From positions 4,967,632-5,031,631 of the forward strand of contig OZ253470.1 of NCBI GenBank assembly GCA_965261735.1: DNA of 64,000 bases. The letters run 5' to 3'. How positions within the stretch are numbered: position 1 is the stretch's first letter; each line of letters starts with the position of its first letter. Source of the stretch: Alphaproteobacteria bacterium (GTDB lineage Bacteria; Pseudomonadota; Alphaproteobacteria; SHVV01). The translations under genes and the position numbers were made by a program. The notes under the pieces were generated by a model that was not told where the DNA came from, ran no database searches, and saw only the letters and a program-made list of their open reading frames with translations. Below are positions 55,002-64,000 of the stretch, in pieces.

Positions 55002-55778
55002 CTACTTGTCGGCACGCCCCGCAAGCTTGGAAATCTCGCGCTCGACGAGCCGCTGAACGAGCGGCGGGAGATTCTCGTCGAGCCACTCCTTCAGCATCGG
55101 CCTAAGCAGCTCCTTGATGAGCTCCTCGAGGGTGCGACCGGAGCCGCCCAACGCGACGCCTCGCGTTTGCGAGACGCCCGCGGCCAGATCCGTGAACGCG
55201 GTGGACGTGGCCGCCGCGGCGGCCTGAGATACCAACGCGGCCTCGAAATCGAGCTCGGCGCCTACCGGATCGACCGTTGTCTGCTGCGGCGCGGCCGCGC
55301 GCTCCTCGACCGCGGGAACCACGGCCGGCGCCATTACCAGCTCGGGGGCCGCGACCACCTCTGGCACCGGCGTCGGTGCGGGGGGCGCCTCGGCCACTGG
55401 TTCGGGTTCGGGGATGGCTGGCTCGGGCTCCGGGATAACAGGCTCGGCTTCCTCGACGCCGTCCTCGTGCTCCTCCGTACCCGATTCCTCGGGTTCGATC
55501 ACGTCGGTGAGTTCGATGACGGTGTCGTCGAAGTCGCTGTCGTCCTCCGCCTCGGGCTCGTCGGGCTCAACGACCTGATCCTCGGACAGCACGTAGGCCC
55601 CGAGATCCTCGGCCTCTTTGTCGCCTGCGTCCTCCGGCTCGGCCTCGACCGTTCGCTCGGCTTCCGGCGGAGTACCGGCTTCTTCGCCGTCTGGATCTTG
55701 ATCTTCGGTAATGATCCGGCGGATCGACGACAGAATCTCCTCCATCGTCGGTTCCTGCTGCGTCTTCGGGTCGCTCAT
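55002..55778 (-). CDS. popZ: Polar organizing protein PopZ (DUF2497)
   Basis: EPTMEEILSSIRRII, acidic Pro-rich linker, TLEELIKELLRPMLKEWLDENLP.LV.RLVEREI. Confidence 0.92.
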   Translation of the reverse strand: MSDPKTQQEPTMEEILSSIRRIITEDQDPDGEEAGTPPEAERTVEAEPEDAGDKEAEDLGAYVLSEDQVVEPDEPEAEDDSDFDDTVIELTDVIEPEESGTEEHEDGVEEAEPVIPEPEPAIPEPEPVAEAPPAPTPVPEVVAAPELVMAPAVVPAVEERAAAPQQTTVDPVGAELDFEAALVSQAAAAATSTAFTDLAAGVSQTRGVALGGSGRTLEELIKELLRPMLKEWLDENLPPLVQRLVEREISKLAGRADK

Positions 55779-55870
55779 GCCCAGCCTTGATCAGACGCTA
55801 CGGCGCACCGACGCGCGCACTCTATATCACAAATCCGGTATCGCATACACTGTTTCACCACAACACTTAG

Positions 55871-57262
55871 CTATTCGCCTCCGATATTTCGTCCCCACCA
55901 CGCGCCGCGAACCCGTTTGTAGTGGAGGGCCGGGTCGTAGCGCTCGACGTCGAGGCCGATTTGGTCGGCGGTCAACTGACCGATCGCGGCGCGCAGATCG
56001 AAGGCGGCGACATACTCGTCGCGCTCGTCAACGACGAGGCCCACCCGGGCATCAAGTAGCTCCTGCTGGGCATCGAGCACGTCGAGCGTGGTGCGCGAGC
56101 CGACCTCGGCCTCCTGGCGCACGCCTTCGAGCGCGATCTCGGCCGCTCGAACTTCCTCGAGCCTCGCCTCGTATCGCGCCCGCGCGGTGCTGAGCCGCTC
56201 CCACGCGGTGGTGACACCCTCGATGACATCGCGCCGCGCCTCTTCGACCTCGATACGGCGCTGCTGGTTGGTCTGGCGCCGCTCACGCGCCCGCGAGTAC
56301 ACGGCACCTGCCTGGTAGAGCGGAATGACGACGCGCGCGGTCACGGAAGCGCTCTCGGTTTCGGTGTTGGCGGCGATCGAGTTCTCGACGCGAGACAGGT
56401 CGCCGTCCACCGATACCGTTGGCAGCAAGCCGCCATCGGCGACGTCAATCGCGTTCCGGCTCGCCGCCTCGGCGAACCCCGCCGCCAGCAAGTCTGGATT
56501 GTTATCGACCGCGATGCGAATCGCCTCCTCCTCGCTGGCCGGTACGTCGAAGAGCTGGGGCGCGGGCTCAAGTGCCCCGGGCGGCGTGCCGATAACGGCT
56601 TTGTATGCCGCGCGGCTCGAGATCAGGTTGCCTTCGGACTGGATACGGTCCGAGGCCGCGCGCGCCAGGCGTGCCTCAGCCTGCGCCACGTCGGTGCGCG
56701 TGATTTCACCGACGCGGAACCGATCCTGGGTGGCCTCGAGCTGGCGGCGCAGGACCAGCTCATTGTTGCGGTCGAGCTGCAATACGGCTTGGTCGCGGAG
56801 CACGTTGATATAGACAGCGACCGCATCGCCAAGCACGGCTTGCTCAACGGACGCGAGCCGGGCACGCCCGGAAAGGACTAGGTTCTCGGCCTGCCGGGTC
56901 GCCGCCACCGTACGCCCACCTCGATAAACCGACTGCGAAACCGTCAGCGAGAGCGTGTTAGGTGTGAGGTTGGTGCGGCCGCCGGTGCTGGTGTCCTGGG
57001 TGCGGCGCGCTAGCGATCCGGCCGCCTGGGTGGTCGGGCGAAAGTCGGACAGCGCTTGCGGTACGCCTTCATCTGTAGCCCGCAAAGCGGCGCGTTCCGC
57101 CCGCAGGGTTGGGTTGTTGCTGTAGGCCGCGCGCAAGGCATCGAGCAGCGTCTCGGCGCCAGCCGGAAGGGCCACGATCAAGGCAACCGCGGCCGCACAA
57201 CCGGCGAGACTTTGCCGGAAGGCGCGCGCCCATCCGCAACGGCCCGCCCTTGCCCGTTTCAA
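55871..57262 (-). CDS. tolC: TolC family outer membrane protein
   Basis: RFRVGEITRTDVAQAEARL, VGSRTTLDVLDAQQEL; pcm-tolC-popZ-valS gene order. Confidence 0.9.
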   Translation of the reverse strand: MKRARAGRCGWARAFRQSLAGCAAAVALIVALPAGAETLLDALRAAYSNNPTLRAERAALRATDEGVPQALSDFRPTTQAAGSLARRTQDTSTGGRTNLTPNTLSLTVSQSVYRGGRTVAATRQAENLVLSGRARLASVEQAVLGDAVAVYINVLRDQAVLQLDRNNELVLRRQLEATQDRFRVGEITRTDVAQAEARLARAASDRIQSEGNLISSRAAYKAVIGTPPGALEPAPQLFDVPASEEEAIRIAVDNNPDLLAAGFAEAASRNAIDVADGGLLPTVSVDGDLSRVENSIAANTETESASVTARVVIPLYQAGAVYSRARERRQTNQQRRIEVEEARRDVIEGVTTAWERLSTARARYEARLEEVRAAEIALEGVRQEAEVGSRTTLDVLDAQQELLDARVGLVVDERDEYVAAFDLRAAIGQLTADQIGLDVERYDPALHYKRVRGAWWGRNIGGE

Positions 57263-57912
57263 AACACAAACCCCCGTGCGACCTCGAACCCCGGCAGCGG
57301 CGGCACGGCGGCGTCGACAAGCGGCCGCGACGAAAGGCGCCCGCCCGACCGGGTCATCACGATGCCTTTGGCCGCCCGCCCGCCGCCAATGATGGCGACC
57401 AGCCGACCGTCCTCGGTGAGCTGCTCGCCGAGGACGTCCGGCACCTGCTCGAGCGAGCCGTTAAGGACTATGGCGTTGTAGGGGCCCTGTTGGGCATAGC
57501 CGTCGGCGAGCGCACCGGTCACGACCACCGCGTTGCCGATTTCGAGCTTGGCGATCAATGCGGCCGCGGTCGCCGCCAGCTCGGCGTCGCTCTCGAGCGC
57601 CACCACCGTACCGGCGAGTTGGGCCAACACCGCCGTCGAGTACCCGGTGGCGCATCCGACATCGAGAACGATATCGTCGGGGCCGACGTTGGCGGCCTGG
57701 AGCAGCCACGCGAACACGAGGGGTTCCATGAGGTAGCGCCCCGACCCGACGGCGAGGTCCTCATCGACATAGGCGACGCCGCTGAGCGCTTCGGGGACAA
57801 ACAGCTCCCTCGGCACCTCCGCCATCGCGGCGATCACCCTAGGATCGCTGATCCGATTGGGCTCGAGCTGACTGTGAACCATGTGCCGGCGCGCGGCGGC
57901 GTAATCAGGCAT
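57259..57912 (-). CDS. pcm: Protein-L-isoaspartate O-methyltransferase family
   Basis: ARRHMVHSQL, VPRELFVP, LDVGCATGYSTAVLA. Confidence 0.88.
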   Translation of the reverse strand: MPDYAAARRHMVHSQLEPNRISDPRVIAAMAEVPRELFVPEALSGVAYVDEDLAVGSGRYLMEPLVFAWLLQAANVGPDDIVLDVGCATGYSTAVLAQLAGTVVALESDAELAATAAALIAKLEIGNAVVVTGALADGYAQQGPYNAIVLNGSLEQVPDVLGEQLTEDGRLVAIIGGGRAAKGIVMTRSGGRLSSRPLVDAAVPPLPGFEVARGFVF

Positions 57913-58070
57913 GGTTGCCCGTGTTTCGTTCCTGGCCCGACGGTTTGATGGTGTTCGTGTCCCCAACGCGGTATATAGCCCGCGTTGTTCGCGAGCACAA
58001 CCGGGCCACCGCCGGCGGGACTCGGGCTCGCCCGCACGACTATGGCGGAGCGCGGTTTCGGAATGGTTAG

Positions 58071-58144
58071 GGCCCGGTGGGAGAGTGGCTATCCAGCGGA
58101 CTGCAAATCCGCGCACGCCGGTTCGAGTCCGGCCCGGGCCTCCA
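58071..58144 (+). tRNA. tRNA-Cys (GCA)
   Basis: ggcccggtgggagagtggctatccagcggactGCAaatccgcgcacgccggttcgagtccggcccgggcctCCA. Confidence 0.96.
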
Positions 58145-58250
58145 AGGCGGCGCTCACCGCGCCTGGATTTGCGTATGGCCAGCGCGACGGCCGATTGCTA
58201 TAAGCCGCTGCCCGGCGGTGCCTCGTAAAGCATCGAAGGAAGCACTTCCT

Positions 58251-58326
58251 TCCCCGGTAGCTCAGTTGGTAGAGCGGGTGGCTGTTAACCACTAGGTCGC
58301 TGGTTCGAGTCCGGCCCGGGGAGCCA
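58251..58326 (+). tRNA. tRNA-Asn (GTT)
   Basis: tccccggtagctcagttggtagagcgggtggctGTTaaccactaggtcgctggttcgagtccggcccggggagCCA. Confidence 0.97.
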
Positions 58327-58406
58327 GACAATATGGCTAAGTACTTTAAAATAAAGAACTTTTTACGTACTTATCCATCGCAGTTCCCCCAGGCATTCCC
58401 CCTTTC

Positions 58407-58538
58407 CTACAAGGGCGCGGGAGTGTCTGGGGGGGCAACGCGGCGCTCATCCGTAAGCTCTTCCTCGATTGCGAGAATGGTGTTGAGCTTCTCCCGCAAT
58501 TCGGACTGCTCCACTTGCAGCTTGATGGTTTTCTTCAT
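58407..58538 (-). pseudogene. Probable N-terminal stub of a phage major capsid protein
   Basis: Strong GGAGGT RBS, ATGA overlap with the HNH stop; MKKTIKLQVEQSELREKLNTILAIEEELTDE coiled coil resembling an HK97-type delta domain, then an abrupt end. Confidence 0.45.
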
Positions 58539-58840
58539 CGTTGTACCTCCATTGGCAGTAGTTCACGGACCAGGTTCGACCATCCCATTTGCGCGGGGGT
58601 GGGCGCGGTTGCGTGCTCTGCCATATGGCAGGCGCGGCAAACACTCTCGCAATTCTCTAGCGACCACGGATCACCGCCGTCTCGGATCGGCGCTAGGTGA
58701 TGGACAATCTCAGCCAAGGTCGTTCGGCCCTCCGCACAGCACTGGACGCACAAGCCGCCGTCTCGGGCGAGCGCTCGGGCGCGCACCGTCCCCCAGCGCT
58801 GCGTCGCGTAGATCGTCTGGTGTTCATGTTTTGTGCTCAT
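58535..58840 (-). CDS. Phage HNH endonuclease (gp74-like, cos packaging)
   Basis: RW..VR...L.RDGGLCVQC..VHH...GG....ENCESVCRACH; start overlaps the terminase stop. Confidence 0.88.
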   Translation of the reverse strand: MSTKHEHQTIYATQRWGTVRARALARDGGLCVQCCAEGRTTLAEIVHHLAPIRDGGDPWSLENCESVCRACHMAEHATAPTPAQMGWSNLVRELLPMEVQR

Positions 58841-60290
58841 ATCGCCGCCCTCACGAAACCCGGTCCATCCTCGACCGGCGCGGATAGGAGCCGGTGGACG
58901 TGGGCGCCGGCGAGACAGGCAGCAACAGCCGCGTCGTCGCGGGACTTGTCGCGGCGTTTGACGATCTTCCGATTGCCTGCGGGGTCGCTTACGGTCACCG
59001 CCTCACTCATTGCCGAGCGGAGGAGGAGAGACGGCTGCGGCCTGACTTGCCCGGACAGAATTGCGCGCTGGAAGTGACGCACATCTTCGCTACCGTCCCG
59101 GAAGCCCATGCCCCGGACCTCGATAACAGACGCCGCGCCAATCATGGAAAGCGCATCCAGCAATTCTTTCTCCCGCCACCGGTCGCAAACGATGGAAGTA
59201 GGAACACCAAACCGGACAAAGGCGGTTTGAAGAAGTGCGTCGATAGCCGTGACGTGCTCGCCTAGCGTCAGCAAGTCGCCGCTATCCGCCATGTTCAGAT
59301 AGAGACGGCCCACGCCGTCCCGCAAACCGCGCTCGGCCAGCGACGGTTGCGAAGGGACCGCGGCCATGATTTCGAGCCGTCCGCTACCGGCCCAGCAAGC
59401 CGCGACGGCGCTCATGCTCGCGCCCGAGCCTAGGTCGATCCCGAATACCAGCTCACCTTCTCTCGGCACGTCCGCCTCAGCCGCCTTCCACGCGTCCGGG
59501 CCAATCAGATATTCGCGCCGCACGTCCGGCATCCCGAGATTGAGCCTCAGCGATTTGAACATCGCCAGTGCCGAGGGGTCGCGCTTCGCTTCCTCCGCTT
59601 CCGACTTGATGGCATCTTCAAGATCAGGCATCCGCGCGAGCGACGGGTTGGCCTTGCGCCAAGTGGACTTGGCGAAGGGCTTATCTTCGCCGTCCGCCGC
59701 GTGACATTGCGCGTAATCCGCCCCGCCCGCGAGCATCCGGCTGAACCAATGATCTTCGCTCGCGGGCCGCGTCCCGAGGGCGACGAATTTGCAACTGGTT
59801 TGTTTACCCGCCGCCGTCCGTAGCGCGGCCACCATGCGCTCAGATTTGTTGGGATCCCACTGTGCCGGTTCATCGCACAAGATCAAGACCGGCGCGAGCC
59901 CATGCGCCCGGCGCGGATCGCTCCCCATGACGCGGACGCGAGCGCCGGTCAACTTGCATTCGATCCGGGCTTGCTGCGCGGTGTCCCAAACGCGCCAACG
60001 GTCCTTGTCTCGGAAAATCCTCGGCCCCATGAAAGCGGCGATATGCTCGAATGCGATCCGGGCTTGCTCGAAAGAACTGGCCACGATGATCGTCTCGCCG
60101 CGCGGGACTACTAGCGGACCCTCAACCGTCGCCGCCGCGATACCCGCCAGCAACGCCGTCTTGCCGTTACCTCGGGCAACCGATAGAGCGGCAGTCGTTA
60201 CCGATGGTTTGAATGCTTCGTTGATGAAACGCTTCTGCCAGGGGCAGCGGTCTTAAAGTACTCACCCGAAAGTCCACCTTGTGAAAGGGG
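58837..60290 (-). pseudogene. Phage terminase large subunit, 5' end frameshifted/truncated
   Basis: PWQKRF, Walker A VARGNGKT, Walker B LILCDEP, WRKANPSL, nuclease GIDLG and RDDAAVA; extra bases and an in-frame TAA near 60240-60256. Confidence 0.85.
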
Positions 60291-60299
60291 CTTATAACT

Positions 60300-61624
60300 A
60301 TTCCTTGAACTGTGGCCACCCAGCACCATATCATGCAATTGTCCGCGCATAACGGACCCATCGAATTGCTTCTTCTGTCTCGGTTTAATCTTAAAGGGTC
60401 TGAGCATTCGAGAGAGTGCATTCGTGTCGAAGCCTTTGCCCTTATTCCACTTCGACCAAGGCCGCTCTTCCATCATGTTTAGGTAGTCACAAATGACTGA
60501 TGATTTGATGAATTGTTCCCCCTCTGTGTTGGAGAAAATGGAGCACAGATCACCAATCAATCGTTCTGCGTTGGATCGCGTATCCTCGGAAGCGTCTGTG
60601 ATGTGTTCGCAGGCCGCATAGGCTCGTTTTGGCCAATCGCCCCCGGCGACATCCGCAATTGCTACTAGAACCTCCCATGAGTCCCATTGCCGGTCGTTAA
60701 TAGTCTCGGGTAGTTTTACCCGTTCGCGGGCATCAACGATTTCATCGGCTTTACTCTCTACCCATGTCCCGATTTTCGGCACAGGTTCATAACTGCTTGG
60801 CGGTCGTGATTGCGCCAGCGGGGGCGACGCTCGTTCTTGGGTTTCCGCTCCATCCTGATTTGGATAGATCGTTCAACAGTCGTGTCCGCGAGGCCCCCGA
60901 TGCCGCACAAGACCTTTGGACACCACGTGCTAAACTGCACGGGGACTAGTTCAGTCACCTGCCCGTTTTGGACTTTTTCCACTCGGCCTATTGTTGCTGT
61001 TTCCCGTGTTTGCGACCCGTTCGGCAGTCCAGCCAAATAGGCGCCTTCCCCGTCATGCTTTGCGAGTTGTCTGTCTATTTCATCCAGTATCAAAGTCGGT
61101 GCATATTTCTCAATCAAGCGGAACACAAACGCCTCACTCGCCCCGACCAACGACTTCGGGCGCGGGACGAGCGCCACAACGAGGGTAACTAGCGTGGTTT
61201 TCCCAGCTTTACTACCTGGGGCGGTGATGTTCAAGAACGCGACGCACTCAAGTTTCGGGTGTTTGTGGAGCCACGCCATAGCACACCACAACGCCACCGC
61301 GTCGGCTTGCTCGGGTTTAATGTACAGATGCTGGTTGATAAGGTCTGCGAGGCTAGACAGTATCTCGTCGCCGGCAACCGTCCTCTTCCAAGGCTCGAAT
61401 TCCGGAACGACACCGTTCTCCCGGTGGCCCGCTCGTCTGTCCCAGGTTTTTCGATCTCATTCGGACTAACGGCCCCATCTAGGATCGTCTGCCGTAGGTC
61501 CATTTTCTCTTCAGCGGTTTCGCATTCTTCGATCCAATCTGCGATGTCTGACTTATCTGTGCCGCGGCGAGAGTAGATCGTAATTGAGCAACGTTGTTTT
61601 GCGAGCTTATCCGAGACAAGTAGG
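60300..61624 (-). pseudogene. Primase-associated DUF3631-type replication protein, two frameshifts, truncated at both ends
   Basis: KSDIADW, EPW..V.G, Walker A PGSKAGKT, PTLILDEID, STWCPK, DR..DSWE.L.AIAD.AGGDWP; frame breaks near 61430 and 60770. Confidence 0.75.
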
Positions 61625-62168
61625 GCCTGAACCAGATCGTCGACCGAGCGGGTCGACACCCCCTGGATGTAGGCCTCCTGGATCACCGCAGCCAGCGCCT
61701 TCTCGGCCATCCGCCGCGGCTCCAGGAAGCCCGGGAAGTAGCTTCCCTTCCTCAGCTTCGGGATCTTCAGCTCGACCGTGCCGGCCCGCGTCTCCCAGGA
61801 CCGGTCGCGGTAGCCGTTGCGATGGGTGATACGATCCGCCGAGCGCTCGCCGTGCCCGGCGCCGGTCAGGCCCTCAACCTCCAGTGCCATCAGCCGCTCG
61901 GCCGTGAAGCCGATCATCTCGCAAAGCAGATCGGCATCGGAGCTCTTCTCCAAAAGCGCGCGCAGGGTCATCATGTCCTGGGTCATCGTGGTTCTCCTTC
62001 GGGTCAGGTTGGTTTGCACTAGCCCAACCCTAAACCGGAACCGCGATGGCCTCCGCTGTGGATAGCCGGCTTGCCTACGCCAGACTCTCGGCGGTCGCTA
62101 CGGCAAGCCGCCTACCCACAGCTAACAGAGGCTCCAACAACTCCTACACCACGTCCTGGGACACGACC
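61625..62168 (-). mobile_element. IS256 type b, 5' fragment
   Basis: Near-identical to 38197-38740 including the left TIR; truncated after DDLVQA. Confidence 0.92.
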
Positions 62169-62790
62169 GGCATGGTCTGCCGAGTATAGAAGTGCAGCCA
62201 CAGCAGCCGGGAGTAGCCGAGGACGATCACCAGGGCATGGCGCCGGCCCCAGGGCAGCGTGAACGTACCGAAGTCCACCTGGCCCTGACGCCCCGCCGGC
62301 GTCTCGAACCGGACCAGCGATTCAACCGGTTCGCGCGGTCGCGTCGCCCGCACGTAGTCGTTCACGCGAGAGTAGCAGCCCGGGTAGTCCGCAGCGCGGA
62401 CCTCATCGAAAAGCCGCTTCGCCGACAGCTTCGGGAACGCCTCAAGACGGGCGTCGATGATCGCCTTGTAGGGGTCCAGCTTGTGGGCCACCGGCGGACG
62501 GGGCGAATACCCTCGCGCACCGGCCGCCAGATCCCGGTCCAGTTGGCCGGTATCGACCCAATTGTGGATCGTCCGACGGTTCACCCCGAACCGCCTCGAC
62601 AGCTCCGCCTTCGAGACACCCCGGTCCAGATAGTGCTTCAACAACATCCTGGTCTCCCATTTGTACATCCGCGCACCGATCCCGCTCTGTTGGCAAAGCC
62701 AACAGAGCGGCCCGGGACGCCTTCAGCGACAAGCCCAAAGTGAGAAATTTTGGGTCGTTACAAATGGGAAATTTACGGTCGCTACCAACA
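62169..62790 (-). mobile_element. istA: IS21-family element, left end plus istA 5' part (62169-62668)
   Basis: End begins TGT with tandem subterminal repeats; HTH, KLDPYK, RFETPAGRQGQVDFG, LGYSR. Confidence 0.88.
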
Positions 62791-62948
62791 GCGCAGGCCG
62801 CATCATCGGGGAAAAGTCGCTGGAACTCGGGTAGCGAATGCGGGAATGGGAGATCGGCGCGGTCGAGAACATCCATGGCGCGCTCCCCTATATCCGGGTT
62901 GCGCCCATTCTAGCCCTAGTGGGTGTGGGTGTAAACCGGATAGGTACG
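62791..62948 (-). mobile_element. IS1595 copy F, 5' end only
   Basis: Matches the left end and first codons MDVLDRADLPF...DDAACA; terminal bases degenerate. Confidence 0.9.
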
Positions 62949-63120
62949 GGGAGTTTTATCGTGGATTGCTTAATCTTGTGTAAAAGAGCGCTTCATTATT
63001 TGACTCTACGCTCATATCATTTGTTCTCCATTCTCTTTTTATTTGGCGATTCTTCTCGACAAAATTGAGAAAAAAGCCCGACTCCCGGCTGGCGGCCGCT
63101 CGTTCGTGAGGCGCCGCAAC

Positions 63121-63768
63121 TCAAGGGTTGTCGAGAACGAAGAAGACGGAGCGGCACGGACTCGTAAAGTCACGCCGGCGAATTCGGAACCCGGCGCCCT
63201 TGAGCTTACGCTCCAGCGCCCTCAGGCTCGTGCCGCGGTAGCCGACCTCCCACTTGTGGCACTGCGGATCGGCGACGGCGTCGAAGCGGAAGGAACGGAG
63301 GAACCTGAGCTTGCGGAAGGCCACGGATTGCGCCGCTTTGAACCGGTTGAGGTAGAGCCTGATGTCGAGTTGAAGGCCCTCGTACGGGACGGAGAGTACG
63401 ACGTGGCGCGCACCCGAGTGACGGAACTTGGCGAGCACTCCGTCGACCTCGTGCCAATAAAGGTGCTCGAGAGTCTCGCAGCAGAGAATGCAATCGAACC
63501 CGGCGAGCCGCTCACCGGATACGGTCCGTAGATCGGCCTCGATGCGGCCCACCCGCCGGTCCTCGTCAGGCGCCGGAGTGAGGTCGAGTGTCGTCACGGC
63601 GAAGCCCGCGTTGCCGAGCATGGCGGTGACGAGCCCGAGGCCGGGCCCGACCTCCAGTACCCGCGTCACGTCGAGGTCACGTAACAGATGGACCTGAAAC
63701 CACTGGTGATAGATCCGCTTGCCCGAGTAGTAGCGAAACCACTCCGCACGACGAGGGTCCTGGGGCAT
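63121..63768 (-). CDS. Class I SAM-dependent methyltransferase
   Basis: VLEVGPGLG, TLDL, DCILCCETLEH, LSVP, HKWEVG. Confidence 0.8.
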   Translation of the reverse strand: MPQDPRRAEWFRYYSGKRIYHQWFQVHLLRDLDVTRVLEVGPGLGLVTAMLGNAGFAVTTLDLTPAPDEDRRVGRIEADLRTVSGERLAGFDCILCCETLEHLYWHEVDGVLAKFRHSGARHVVLSVPYEGLQLDIRLYLNRFKAAQSVAFRKLRFLRSFRFDAVADPQCHKWEVGYRGTSLRALERKLKGAGFRIRRRDFTSPCRSVFFVLDNP

Positions 63769-63772
63769 CACC

Positions 63773-64000
63773 CTATTGCGGCCGGGGCCGGGGCCGGGGC
63801 ACGGGCCGCTCGGTCCCCGGGTGCGCGTCGGCGACGTCGATTCGGGCGTAGATGCTCCCGGGGTCGGTCGCAATCGGCCCGCCGAGAATCTCACGGATGA
63901 GCTTGCGCAGGATGGCATCGGCGAAATCGTCGTAGTCGGCGACCGCCATCACGAACGCCGACGGTCCGCCGACCACCTGGTCGGCGTAATAGGCGTCGAG
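63773..64000 (-). CDS. DUF1194 (vWA-like) protein, C-terminal part
   Basis: YY.DQVVGGPSAFVM..ADYDDFADAILRKLIREI. Confidence 0.75.
   Translation of the reverse strand, partial: LDAYYADQVVGGPSAFVMAVADYDDFADAILRKLIREILGGPIATDPGSIYARIDVADAHPGTERPVPRPRPRPQ

Larger units (their letters stand above)
58327..63100. mobile_element. Decayed prophage/satellite-like island at tRNA-Asn with nested IS fragments
   Basis: Abrupt AT-rich sequence after the tRNA 3' end, phage packaging and replication genes, AT-rich right flank; right boundary approximate. Confidence 0.75.

Noticed and set aside
62949-63120. attR copy of the tRNA-Asn 3' end
   Set aside because: No convincing match found in this AT-rich stretch

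Overview
GC-rich alphaproteobacterial chromosome segment, probably Rhodospirillales-like: glnB-glnA, popZ, the argS-SPOR-nagZ-scpAB gene order, and a tRNA-His that keeps G-1. The core part carries amino-acid/amide ABC transport, two Rieske oxygenases, a Tat-exported intradiol dioxygenase, a 2-aminobenzoyl-CoA/paa-type CoA catabolic operon, parE, argS, valS, ilvD, tolC and three tRNAs. Three eroded mobile regions interrupt it. (i) 4.6-7.6 kb: an IS1595/IS630 cluster. (ii) 32.0-39.7 kb: an island with a type II R-M system whose endonuclease is split by nested ISs. (iii) 58.3-63.1 kb: a decayed phage-satellite-like element at tRNA-Asn with triple-nested ISs. The strongest hidden signal is an ArsM-like methyltransferase with an in-frame UGA at the catalytic Cys position followed by a SECIS-like hairpin, i.e. 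a probable selenoprotein. It is co-transcribed with two Rid proteins that lack the catalytic Arg. Other notable signals: a glnA of non-alphaproteobacterial type inside the native glnBA operon, a non-autonomous IS1595 deletion derivative that still transposed, and two complementary halves of an IS1595 32 kb apart. All family assignments come from motifs recognised by eye; no searches were run.
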